Shown: positions 15,564 to 24,176 of the stretch, piece by piece
Numbering within the stretch: position 1 is the stretch's first letter
Layout of the letters: each line of letters begins with the position of its first letter
DNA from: Candidatus Aminicenantaceae bacterium
GTDB taxonomy: Bacteria > Acidobacteriota > Aminicenantia > Aminicenantales > Aminicenantaceae
Direction: 5' to 3'
Assembly (NCBI GenBank): GCA_041821525.1
Contig: JBGUED010000001.1
Span: 1 to 26,334, forward strand
DNA: 26,334 nucleotides
Notes under the pieces: model-generated
Database searches by the model: none
Seen by the model: only the letters and a program-made list of their open reading frames with translations
What the model was told of the DNA's origin: nothing
Position numbers and translations under genes: made by a program

Positions 15564-16850
15564 ATGAAGCTCACCTCACAGGACCGCAACAACATCCTGC
15601 TTGTGCTCCTCCTGGGCATGGCCGTGGGCTTGGCCTTTGGACTCTCTTTCTACGCCCGCTTCCCAGAAAAATGTGATGACATCGACGAATTCGGCCTGCT
15701 CGCAGCCAGGTTCGCCGCCGACCTGACCTTCGGCGGTTCGGTACGGAGGGCCCCGGTCTACCCGTTCCTGCTGAGTACGATCTACCTCGTCTTCGGGCCC
15801 CACAACCACACCGCCCTCATCGCCTTTCAAGCCCTCTGCCTGTCGTTCCTGGGCGCGGGATTCTACCTCTTCTCCAAGAAGGCCTACGGATCCAGTCAAC
15901 TGGCCCTGGGGACCGGCTTTCTGATCATCCTCAATCCCTTCGTCATCTGGTATGTGCCCCGTATCTGGATCGAACTGGTCTTCACGCTGCTTACTTCGGT
16001 CATGGTGTTTGCCGCGTATCTCGCGCTCCGTTACCGCACTCCGCGTACTTTGATCTTCTTCGGATTGGCCACCGGCCTGAGCGCCCTGTGTAAGGCCGTA
16101 ACCCTGCTCTTCCCGCTGTTCCTGGCCCTGTCCCTGGTGGTGCTGCGCACGCGACCCTCGGGGCCGTTTTCCCACTTCCCCATGAAAAAAATCGCGGGAT
16201 TCCTCCTGATACCGACTGCCGTAGCCGCTTTGACCATCTCCCCCTGGACCATCCGTAACCGCATTGTCACGGGACGATGGATTCTAGTCAGCACGAATCT
16301 CGGTGTCGAGTATCACAGGGGAGACTATCTGGCGCGACACAATTCGTTTCTCATCTCGAGGAAAACACTCGTCGACACGCTCGGGGACTGTGTGGCTGAA
16401 GAAAACCGCATCCTGCAGGGCCTCGGCAAGGATCCCGCTCTCATATCGGGCCTTGAAAAAGAAGATGTCTTCAGGAACTTAATGTGGGAAGACATCCGGA
16501 GTGGGCCGCAGCAGCACATCCTCAAAACCCTCAAACAGATCCCGGCGTTCTGGTACAAGGGCAATGCCTGGTGGACGTCGCTGTATTTTCTGGGGCAGAG
16601 CGCTGTATTCCTGGCCCTGTTCGGGACCGCGCTCTTCCACCTTCGGCGCAGGAGGGAGCTGGGAGTTCTCGTCGGATTATTCATCGTCTACATGACCCTG
16701 CTGCACGCCAGCCTGGTGGCCATCGCCCGCTATTCCCTCCCGCTCTACCCGCTCATGACGCTCGTCATCGCTGCCTGGTGGATGGACAAACGCCAACGGC
16801 TCAGGGAAACGCGGGAGAAGGGAGGCTCAGGAGATCACCGCAGAGGTTGA
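15564..16850 (+). CDS. ArnT/PMT-like (GT-C fold) multi-pass glycosyltransferase, 428 aa
   Basis: Start reassigned to ATG 15564, because the track ORF overlaps the PAP2 gene. 'DDIDEF', 'RAPVYP', 'WIELVFT', 'GLSALCK', 'PWTIRN', 'ARYSLP', and about 10 hydrophobic segments. Confidence 0.8.
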   Translation: MKLTSQDRNNILLVLLLGMAVGLAFGLSFYARFPEKCDDIDEFGLLAARFAADLTFGGSVRRAPVYPFLLSTIYLVFGPHNHTALIAFQALCLSFLGAGFYLFSKKAYGSSQLALGTGFLIILNPFVIWYVPRIWIELVFTLLTSVMVFAAYLALRYRTPRTLIFFGLATGLSALCKAVTLLFPLFLALSLVVLRTRPSGPFSHFPMKKIAGFLLIPTAVAALTISPWTIRNRIVTGRWILVSTNLGVEYHRGDYLARHNSFLISRKTLVDTLGDCVAEENRILQGLGKDPALISGLEKEDVFRNLMWEDIRSGPQQHILKTLKQIPAFWYKGNAWWTSLYFLGQSAVFLALFGTALFHLRRRRELGVLVGLFIVYMTLLHASLVAIARYSLPLYPLMTLVIAAWWMDKRQRLRETREKGGSGDHRRG

Positions 16851-18793
16851 CCGGGGCATGCCCTCCGGCTGAGCTCCTCCAGGGCACGAAAAAGCCGTTC
16901 TCGGATGTCCATCTCCCCCTGAGAGACCGGACAGAGCTCGCCGGGGTCCAGGCTGATATCATAGAGAAGCCGCGAGGTTTTCCACCCGTATTTCACCTGG
17001 ATCGCTTTGTGGGAAGCGGTCCTCAAGACCTGCGCCTGGTGGCCCCCCTGATGCAGCTCGGCATACACGTAGTCCCGGTTTCCGGGATTCCCGGAGCCGG
17101 AGAGAAGGGAGGTCAAGTCCTGACCCTCTAAAGGCAGCTGCGGCCCATCGGCGGCAGGCACGCCGCACAAGGAACAGAGGGTCGGGAACACGTCGATCAA
17201 GCTCACGAGCCGATCGACCCGGCCGGAAGGAGCATTAATGCCTGGGACGCGCCACACAAGAGGGACATGAATAAGCTCGTCATGCAGGGACTGCCCATGC
17301 CCCCATCCCCCGTGCTCATAGAACTCTTCCCCATGGACGGCGGTGACCAGGACGATTGTGTTCTGCGCCAAGCCGGATTCCTCAAGGAAATTCAGGAGGC
17401 GGCCGATGGCGTCATCGTGCTGTCGGATCTCCCCGTCATACTGCGAGATCATGCTGGCCCGCGCGCTGTCCTCCAGGGGGGCGGCGGCCGTGAACGGGGG
17501 AAAGCTCGGTTTGCCGCGGGGATAGGAAGAGACTGGGGGATCGGGGGAAGGACCCGCGAACATCGTGTCATACGGGGCTGGAGGCGTATAATCACTATGG
17601 CCTCCCCGGTAATGGAGGTAGACGAAAAACGGCCGGCCTCCGCCCTCTCCGATCCAAGAGGACGCCTTTTCGCTGATGACCAGAGGATCCTCCGTCTGGA
17701 TCCGGTCTTCGGTGCCAAAAAGCTCCATGCTGATCCCCAGCAGGGCCCGGCAGAAGCCGGACAGCAGAGGCAGGCCCTTCGGGGAGAGCCTATCCAGAAA
17801 ATGGGAGGCCAGGGTCGCGCTCATGGGATCGACGGCCCTCCCGAAGAAATCATCCACACCCCGCCCGAAACCATAAACCGGCGAGACGTTCCTGATCGTG
17901 GAGAAGACAGCGGTGCGGTACCCGAGGCGGTGGAAGACCTCAGGCAAAAAGGGAAGTGACCGGGGGAGGGAATCCGAGAAGCTATGCAGCCCATGGCAGG
18001 ACGGATACGAGGACGTGAACAGCGAGGGGGCGGATTCCATGGTGTAGGAAGAAGGAGCATAGGCGTTCAGGAAAACCACTCCCTCGGACGCCAGACGATC
18101 CAGGTTCGGGCTGGTCGAGCGCGGATACCCGTAACAGCCCAAATGGTCGGGGCGCACCGCGTCCAGCGTGATCAGCAGCACATTGGGGACGGTTTGGGCC
18201 AAGACAGCAGAGGGCGCCTCTTCCCCCCGCTGGGAGGGCTTCCGCCAGATCGCACTGCCAATGATCGCAGCCATCAGTACCAAGGCGAGGCCACCGGTGA
18301 CCCGGGCCAGTCCGCGCTCCGTCAACCGGAACGACGACAGTCTTCGCCCTGCCCAGTATCCCAGGCTCGCACACAGGATCAGGAGCAAGGTCCACACCAG
18401 CGACTGGACCGAAAACAGGACGGGAAGCCAGTACAGGTTGACATACCCCAGGATGCACAGCCAGGCCGCCAGATAAAAGGGAAAACCCAGCCACGGTGCG
18501 GCAGAGGCACCGGTTGAGTGCCGGGCTCCGCTCCTCAGGGCGTTCAGAACGCCCCAGGCAAAAGCAAAGAAGGACCAGACGATCGCATACCAGAATGCCA
18601 TCCGGGGGAGGTCTCTCCAGCCCAACAGCGAGCCATCTCGCAGGATCTCGGCGGCACAGTTCAGGATCGCCATGGCCACGGCTGCTGCCGTGGCGGCCCA
18701 GGCGCCCATCCCGAAGGGACGGGCCAGCGGGCGAAGCCCTGTTGGCCTGCGCCCCGAGGGGAGATCCGATGGGACGGCTCTGTCCGTCATCAT
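16835..18793 (-). CDS. Membrane-anchored sulfatase-like / alkaline phosphatase superfamily protein, 652 aa
   Basis: About 5 N-terminal TM segments, then 'PNVLLITLDAVRPDHL', 'SPNLDRLA', 'PFFVYLHY', 'YDGEI', 'HGEEF..HGGWGHG', 'HVPL', 'VSLIDVFPT'. The 3' end overlaps the convergent glycosyltransferase by 16 nt. Confidence 0.85.
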   Translation of the reverse strand: MMTDRAVPSDLPSGRRPTGLRPLARPFGMGAWAATAAAVAMAILNCAAEILRDGSLLGWRDLPRMAFWYAIVWSFFAFAWGVLNALRSGARHSTGASAAPWLGFPFYLAAWLCILGYVNLYWLPVLFSVQSLVWTLLLILCASLGYWAGRRLSSFRLTERGLARVTGGLALVLMAAIIGSAIWRKPSQRGEEAPSAVLAQTVPNVLLITLDAVRPDHLGCYGYPRSTSPNLDRLASEGVVFLNAYAPSSYTMESAPSLFTSSYPSCHGLHSFSDSLPRSLPFLPEVFHRLGYRTAVFSTIRNVSPVYGFGRGVDDFFGRAVDPMSATLASHFLDRLSPKGLPLLSGFCRALLGISMELFGTEDRIQTEDPLVISEKASSWIGEGGGRPFFVYLHYRGGHSDYTPPAPYDTMFAGPSPDPPVSSYPRGKPSFPPFTAAAPLEDSARASMISQYDGEIRQHDDAIGRLLNFLEESGLAQNTIVLVTAVHGEEFYEHGGWGHGQSLHDELIHVPLVWRVPGINAPSGRVDRLVSLIDVFPTLCSLCGVPAADGPQLPLEGQDLTSLLSGSGNPGNRDYVYAELHQGGHQAQVLRTASHKAIQVKYGWKTSRLLYDISLDPGELCPVSQGEMDIRERLFRALEELSRRACPGQPLR

Positions 18794-18805
18794 GGGGAGG
18801 CCGGG

Positions 18806-19780
18806 CTATTCAGAAAGCGCCTTTTTCAATCCTTCCTTCAAGTGCGGGATGATCTCGAAGATATCTCCAATCACCCCAAAATCCGCAACTTTGAAGATCG
18901 GGGCATCCGGGTCTTTGTTCACGACCACAATATATTTTGAGGAGGACATCCCCGCAAGATGCTGAATGGCTCCCGAAAGGCCGAAGGCCAGATACAAGTC
19001 GGGCGAAACCGTCTTCCCCGTCTGGCCGATCTGGTGCTGATGGTCGATCCATCCGGAATCCACGGCAGAGCGGGAAGCCCCCACGGCGGAGTGGGGGAGT
19101 ATATGCGTGAGGTCGCGCAGCAGATCGAAGTTTTCCGGACTTTTGAGGCCGCGACCGCCGGACACGATGATCTCGGCCTCGGTCACATCCAGCTCCGTTC
19201 CCTCTTCGCGCAGCTGTTCGATGACCCGATCATGCGTCTGGTTTTCAGGCACCACGACCTCTTTCACTTCGGTCTCCCCTGATCCGCCCTCCTCCTCCAC
19301 AAGGAACACATTGGGACGGAGCGTCATGATCTGGGGCGTGGATGTCAACCGGAAGGTGACGAAGGCCTTCCCCGCAAACACGGGGCGCACGACCTCTAGC
19401 CGTCCCTCCTTCACCTCCATGCGCGTGCATTCCGAAGCCATGCCGACTCCCAGCTTGGCAGCCACACGTGGGGCCAGATCCTTACCCAGGGCCGTGGCCG
19501 AAAACAGGAAGGCCCGGGGCTGCAGCTCCTCGACCAGAGAATGCAGCGCATAGGCATACGCGCTGGGGCTGTAGTGGCTGAGCAGGGTATTCTCCAGGAC
19601 ATGGACCTTCGCAGCTCCATAGGCATACAACCCGGGGGCCAGGCCTTCCAGGCCGTGTCCCGCCAGGACCGCATGCGCCTCCATCTCCAGCTCGCCCGCC
19701 CGCCGCTTCCCCTCAGAAAGCGCCTCCAGGGATGACTTCTTGACCTTGCCGTCTCTGACTTCTATGTAGACCAGTATCAT
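18806..19780 (-). CDS. etfA: Electron transfer flavoprotein alpha subunit, 324 aa
   Basis: 'IIVSGGRGL', 'GASRSAVD', 'QIGQTGKTV.PDLY...GLSGAIQHLAGM', 'VNKDPDAPIF.VADFG'. Confidence 0.95.
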   Translation of the reverse strand: MILVYIEVRDGKVKKSSLEALSEGKRRAGELEMEAHAVLAGHGLEGLAPGLYAYGAAKVHVLENTLLSHYSPSAYAYALHSLVEELQPRAFLFSATALGKDLAPRVAAKLGVGMASECTRMEVKEGRLEVVRPVFAGKAFVTFRLTSTPQIMTLRPNVFLVEEEGGSGETEVKEVVVPENQTHDRVIEQLREEGTELDVTEAEIIVSGGRGLKSPENFDLLRDLTHILPHSAVGASRSAVDSGWIDHQHQIGQTGKTVSPDLYLAFGLSGAIQHLAGMSSSKYIVVVNKDPDAPIFKVADFGVIGDIFEIIPHLKEGLKKALSE

Positions 19781-19789
19781 CGCGTCCTC

Positions 19790-20572
19790 CTATATTACCT
19801 TGGCCTCTTTGTGCAGGAAGTCGACCAACTGCTGTGCCGTCTCTGCTGCATCTCCCTCGACGATCTTGCCAGCCTCGCGTACAGGTGGGGTTTCCATCCG
19901 AACGATCGTCAACTGCGGTGCTAGCTGCTCATCGGACAAGCCAAGCTCAGCGGTCGTGATCACCGGGATCTGCTTGCGCTTGGCCATCATGATCCCCTTC
20001 AGGGTCTCATAGCGCGGCTCATTCAGCCCTTTCTGAGCGCTGACCACTGCGGGCAAGGGGACAATGACTTTTTCCGACGCGCCTTCGATCTCTCTCAGGG
20101 CTCTCCCGGTATTACCTTCCAACTCCAGCTGAGTGATCACGCTGACCTGGGGCAGTCCCAGCAACTCCGCCACCATGGCGGGGACCTGTGCATTGTCGGC
20201 GCCCATCGACTGCTTCCCGAATAGGATCAGCTCATACTCGGAGTACTTCTGTTTTATGGTCTCTGCGATGATTCGGGAGGTACGGAGCCCATCGTAGCTC
20301 TCGGGGGCGTCGTCCCGAATGAGAACCGCTTCATCCGCGCCCATGGCCAGGGCCTTCTTGAGGACGATCAGTGCCTCCTCCGGGCCAACCGAGAACACAG
20401 TCACGGTTCCGCCTTTCGATTCGCGGATCTGCAGGGCCTCCTCCACCGCATACTCGTCGTACGGGCTCATGACAAAGTTCAGCCCTTCCTCGATGATGCA
20501 GTTGTTCTCATGGTCGATGCGGATCTTGGATTCTGTATCGGGGACTCTTTTGATAAATACAAATATGTTCAA
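19790..20572 (-). CDS. etfB: Electron transfer flavoprotein beta subunit, 260 aa
   Basis: TTG start with a strong AAGGAGGAGG RBS. 'IKRVPD', 'PYDEYAVEEAL', 'AMGAD', 'GKQS', 'LPAV...NEPRY'. Confidence 0.95.
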   Translation of the reverse strand: MNIFVFIKRVPDTESKIRIDHENNCIIEEGLNFVMSPYDEYAVEEALQIRESKGGTVTVFSVGPEEALIVLKKALAMGADEAVLIRDDAPESYDGLRTSRIIAETIKQKYSEYELILFGKQSMGADNAQVPAMVAELLGLPQVSVITQLELEGNTGRALREIEGASEKVIVPLPAVVSAQKGLNEPRYETLKGIMMAKRKQIPVITTAELGLSDEQLAPQLTIVRMETPPVREAGKIVEGDAAETAQQLVDFLHKEAKVI

Positions 20573-20595
20573 CTCGACCTCCTCCTTATTTTAAT

Positions 20596-20654
20596 GGGGA
20601 CATCCCCCAAGGGGACACTCTGTCAAGCAGGGTGTCCCCTTGGGGGATGTCCCC
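20596..20654. repeat. Perfect 23-bp inverted repeat (REP-like palindrome) between fabF and etfB
   Basis: GGGGACATCCCCCAAGGGGACAC (20596-20618), a 13-nt centre, then GTGTCCCCTTGGGGGATGTCCCC (20632-20654). The centre can add a CTG/CAG pairing. No U-tract follows on either strand. Confidence 0.9.
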
Positions 20655-21925
20655 TAGGAATGACGTTTGAGGATGAGGGTCCCGTTGGTCCCCCCGAATC
20701 CGAAGGAGTTGCTCAAAGCAAAGGTCAACTCGGCCGGACGGGCCTGGTTGGGAACATAATCCAGGTCGCACTCGGGATCGGGGTTCTGGTAGTTGATGGT
20801 CGGCGGAAGGACCTGGTGCAGAAGGGCCATGGCAGTCAGCCCCACCTCCAAGCCGCCGGCCGCTCCCAGCAGATGCCCGGTCATGGACTTAGATGAGCTC
20901 ACGGCCAGCTTAGGCGCATGTTCACCGAACAATCGCTTAATGGCCAGGGTCTCGATCTTATCGTTCCACGGAGTGGAGGTCCCGTGCGCATTGATGTACT
21001 CCACGGCGGTGAGCTCGATCCCGGCATCCGTGACAGCGCGCAGCATGGACCGATAGGCCCCGTCGCCGTCCGTCTGAGGGGCAGAGACATGGTGAGCATC
21101 GCCGCTCATGCCGTACCCCACGATTTCCGCGTAGATACATGCGCCCCGCTCGATGGCGGATTCCCTCTCCTCCAGGACCATGATCCCCGATCCCTCGCCC
21201 ACCACAAAACCGTCGCGCTCTTTGTCGAAGGGCCGGGAGGCCTGCTCTGGGGCGTCGTTGCGTGTGGACAGGGCCCGCATGGCGCTGAAGCCCGCTACCC
21301 CAAGGGGCGTGACCGGCGCCTCCGCCCCACCGGCGAGCATGATGTCCACGTCTCCTCGTGCGATGAGGCGGACCGAATCACCGATGGAATGGGTCCCGGA
21401 GGAGCAGGCTGTGGCCGTGGCCGAGTTCGGGCCTCCCGATTTGTACAGGATCGAGATCTGTCCTGCGGCTTCGTTGATGATCGAGGAGACAAGGAAGAAC
21501 GGGGATACGCGCCCCGGCCCCTTCTCAAGCAGGACCTTGTGCGTTTCTTCGATGGAGCCGATCCCTCCGATGCCGGACCCGACATACACGCCGGTGCGGT
21601 CCCCCTGCAGCAGGGCCGGATCGATGCGGGAATCCTCCACGGCCAGCTGTGCCGCCGCCACCGCATATTGGATGAACCTGTCCATCTTGCGGGATTCTTT
21701 GCGGTCTATGAACACCAGGGGATCAAAATCCGTGCACTCCCCTGCGATCCGGCTGCTGTACTGAGAGGCGTCGAAGCGGGTGATGAGGCTGATGCCGCTG
21801 CGTCCCTCCCGGGCGGCTTCCCAGTTCTGTGCGGCGCCGATCCCTAAGGGAGAGACCAGGCCGATCCCTGTGATAACGACCCGGCGAGCCGAAGACCGCC
21901 CTGACAAATCCGATGATCCGCCCAT
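20654..21925 (-). CDS. fabF: 3-oxoacyl-ACP synthase II, about 423 aa
   Basis: Start reassigned to ATG 21925, because the track start overlaps acpP. 'RVVITGIG', catalytic Cys in 'TACSSG', His in 'NAHGTST' and 'GHLLGAAG', 'SNSFGFGGTN'. Confidence 0.96.
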   Translation of the reverse strand: MGGSSDLSGRSSARRVVITGIGLVSPLGIGAAQNWEAAREGRSGISLITRFDASQYSSRIAGECTDFDPLVFIDRKESRKMDRFIQYAVAAAQLAVEDSRIDPALLQGDRTGVYVGSGIGGIGSIEETHKVLLEKGPGRVSPFFLVSSIINEAAGQISILYKSGGPNSATATACSSGTHSIGDSVRLIARGDVDIMLAGGAEAPVTPLGVAGFSAMRALSTRNDAPEQASRPFDKERDGFVVGEGSGIMVLEERESAIERGACIYAEIVGYGMSGDAHHVSAPQTDGDGAYRSMLRAVTDAGIELTAVEYINAHGTSTPWNDKIETLAIKRLFGEHAPKLAVSSSKSMTGHLLGAAGGLEVGLTAMALLHQVLPPTINYQNPDPECDLDYVPNQARPAELTFALSNSFGFGGTNGTLILKRHS

Positions 21926-21947
21926 GCCTGGTATGTCCGGGAGAGGT

Positions 21948-22190
21948 CTATTTGGTGTTGGCGAGCACGTAGGCGATGGCCTTGCCAACCGTGGTCAGCT
22001 TCTCGGCCGCTTCATCGGGGATATCGAGGTCAAACTCGTCCTCCAGGGCCATCACGAGCTCGACGGTATCCAGCGAATCGGCACCAAGATCATCGATGAA
22101 CGAGGCCTCTTCTGTGATCTGGTCTTCGCCGATGCTCAGCTTGTCCGCCACAATGGCCTTTATCTTGTTCAGGAGTTCGTCTTTTTCCAT
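21948..22190 (-). CDS. acpP: Acyl carrier protein, 80 aa
   Basis: ATG 22190 after a GAGGAGGG RBS. Phosphopantetheine site '[14 protein letters not shown]'. Confidence 0.97.
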   Translation of the reverse strand: MEKDELLNKIKAIVADKLSIGEDQITEEASFIDDLGADSLDTVELVMALEDEFDLDIPDEAAEKLTTVGKAIAYVLANTK

Positions 22191-22227
22191 TTTTCCCTCC
22201 TCAAAAATTGATATATTCGAACGGCTG

Positions 22228-22968
22228 CTACATGAGCAGTCCGCCATTGACATTGATCACCTGCCCCGTGATGTATCCGGCCTCATCCGAGAGCAGGAAC
22301 TTGACCGCAGCAGCCACGTCCTCCGCAGTCCCGAACCTCTTTAAGGGGATCAGATTCATGAAGTTCTCTTTGACTGCCTCTGGCAGGGCATCGGTCATGG
22401 CCGACGTTATATAACCAGGGGCCACAGCATTGACGGTGATCCCCCGGGACGCCACTTCTCGGGCCAGCGACTTGGTGAACCCGATCACTCCTGCCTTGGA
22501 GGCGGAGTAATTGCACTGGCCGGCGTTGCCCATCACGCCCACCACCGAGGCGATGTTCACAATGCGGCCGTATCTGTTTTTCATCATATGCCTGATCATC
22601 GCCTTGGAGAGGCTGAAGACACCCTTCAGATTGACCGCCAGCACCGCATCCCACTCTTCCTCCCTCATGCGCATAAGAAGGTTGTCGCGTGTGATGCCGG
22701 CATTGTTCACGATATGATCGATCTTCTTATGGGCCGCTATGGCCTCCTCAACCACCCCGGAAACCTGATCCAGGTTAGCCACGTCCGCCACATAGGCCGA
22801 AGCCCGGCCGCCGTCCCGGCGGATATTCTCCGCCACGGCCTCCAGCTTATCCGGCTGGATGTCCAGCAGGACGATCTCGGCACCCTCTCGGGCGATCTCA
22901 TAGGCCAGGGCCTCCCCGATCCCTTGGGAAGCCCCCGTGATCAGCGTGACTCTTCCATCGAATGTCAT
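22228..22968 (-). CDS. fabG: 3-oxoacyl-ACP reductase, 246 aa
   Basis: SDR motifs 'TGASQGIG', 'NNAGITRD', 'NIASV', 'NYSASKAG', 'VAPG', in fab cluster context. TGATG overlap with plsX. Confidence 0.95.
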   Translation of the reverse strand: MTFDGRVTLITGASQGIGEALAYEIAREGAEIVLLDIQPDKLEAVAENIRRDGGRASAYVADVANLDQVSGVVEEAIAAHKKIDHIVNNAGITRDNLLMRMREEEWDAVLAVNLKGVFSLSKAMIRHMMKNRYGRIVNIASVVGVMGNAGQCNYSASKAGVIGFTKSLAREVASRGITVNAVAPGYITSAMTDALPEAVKENFMNLIPLKRFGTAEDVAAAVKFLLSDEAGYITGQVINVNGGLLM

Positions 22969-23981
22969 CAGGCTCGCACTCCATTCAAGGCTTGGCTGAA
23001 CCCTGCCATTTCATTCTCGATCTTATCCTGAACTCGAGCTACAACATAGTCTCGTGCCAGACGGACGGCGTTCTTGACGGCAACGGGATTGGACCGGCCA
23101 TGACCGATGATGCACACCCCGTTTATCCCCAGCAGGTGCGCTCCTCCGTATTGGGAGTAATCCACCTGCTTGTAAATCCTCTTGAGGTGCCGCCTCAACA
23201 GCATGTAGCCGAGCTTGGCGAAGATATTCCGCATGATCTCCGTCCGGGCGATCTTCTCCAGAGTGTCGATCATCCCTTCGCTGGCCTTCAAGGCTACGTT
23301 GCCTGTAAAGCCATCGCTGACGATTACGTCCGCCTTCCCGGAATAGATTTCGCGGCCCTCGATGTTGCCGACGAAGTTCAGGGAGGATGCGGACAGCAGC
23401 TCATGGACCTCACGCGTCACGTCGTTGCCTTTGATGCTTTCTTCACCGACGCTCATGAGTGCGATCCGCGGATCGGCGACCCCCAGGACACTCTGCATGA
23501 AGATGCGCCCCATGTGCGCGAACTGCACCAGGTGCTTCGCGGTACAATTCACATTGGCGCCCACATCGGTCAGCAGGGTCAGCCCGTTCAGGGAGGGGAC
23601 CAGCAGCGAGAGAGCCGGGCGATCAACCCCTTCAAGGGAACCCAGGACTTTCCGGGAGATGTAGACCACCGCTCCGGTGTTGCCCATGGATACAAAGGCG
23701 TCCGCCTGTTTGTCTTTGACCAGCTGAGTCCCCACCAGGATGGACGATCGCTTTTTGCGTCGGAAGGACAGCAGCCCTTCGCTCATCCCAATGGATTCCG
23801 CTGCATCCACGATGGTGAGATGGGCGCGCGAGTGATCCAAGCGATCAAATTCCTTCTGAATGACGGACTCGGCCCCCACTAGAAGCACTTCGATCTGAAA
23901 CTCACGGGAGGCACTCATGGCCCCGGCGACAGTGACTTCAGGACCGAAGTCTCCACCCATGGCATCGACGGCGATTTTCAT
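22968..23981 (-). CDS. plsX: Phosphate acyltransferase PlsX, 337 aa
   Basis: 'IAVDAMGGDFGP', 'SMGNTGA', 'DRPAL', 'DVGAN', 'FVGNIEG', 'DGFTGNV.LK', 'GHGRS'. Confidence 0.96.
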   Translation of the reverse strand: MKIAVDAMGGDFGPEVTVAGAMSASREFQIEVLLVGAESVIQKEFDRLDHSRAHLTIVDAAESIGMSEGLLSFRRKKRSSILVGTQLVKDKQADAFVSMGNTGAVVYISRKVLGSLEGVDRPALSLLVPSLNGLTLLTDVGANVNCTAKHLVQFAHMGRIFMQSVLGVADPRIALMSVGEESIKGNDVTREVHELLSASSLNFVGNIEGREIYSGKADVIVSDGFTGNVALKASEGMIDTLEKIARTEIMRNIFAKLGYMLLRRHLKRIYKQVDYSQYGGAHLLGINGVCIIGHGRSNPVAVKNAVRLARDYVVARVQDKIENEMAGFSQALNGVRA

Positions 23982-23993
23982 GACAGCCTCTCG

Positions 23994-24176
23994 TTAATCT
24001 TCCGAACCCTCGATGACTTGCCGTCCTTTGTAGAACCCGCACTCGGGACAGGCTCGGTGCGGGAGCTTGGGTTTGCCACAGTTGGAACAGATGGAGAGGG
24101 CGGGCACATCGATTGCGTCATGCGCCCTTCTTTGGTTTTTGCGGGAATGGGAGTGTCTTCTCTTTGGATTAGCCAT
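23994..24176 (-). CDS. rpmF: 50S ribosomal protein L32, zinc-ribbon (C+) type, 60 aa
   Basis: 'MANPKRRHS', 'CSNCG...PHRACPECGFYKG'. TAATG overlap with yceD. Confidence 0.96.
   Translation of the reverse strand: MANPKRRHSHSRKNQRRAHDAIDVPALSICSNCGKPKLPHRACPECGFYKGRQVIEGSED

Noticed and set aside
20589-20626. TTGACA and TAAAAT on the minus strand as an etfB promoter
   Set aside because: The spacer is 27 nt, too long for sigma70, and removing the 15-nt internal repeat unit does not give 16-18 nt. Kept only as part of the palindrome observation.
20596-20654. Palindrome as a CRISPR repeat, intrinsic terminator or transposon end
   Set aside because: Only one copy in the window, with no spacers or cas genes, no U-tract, and no transposase or target duplication.
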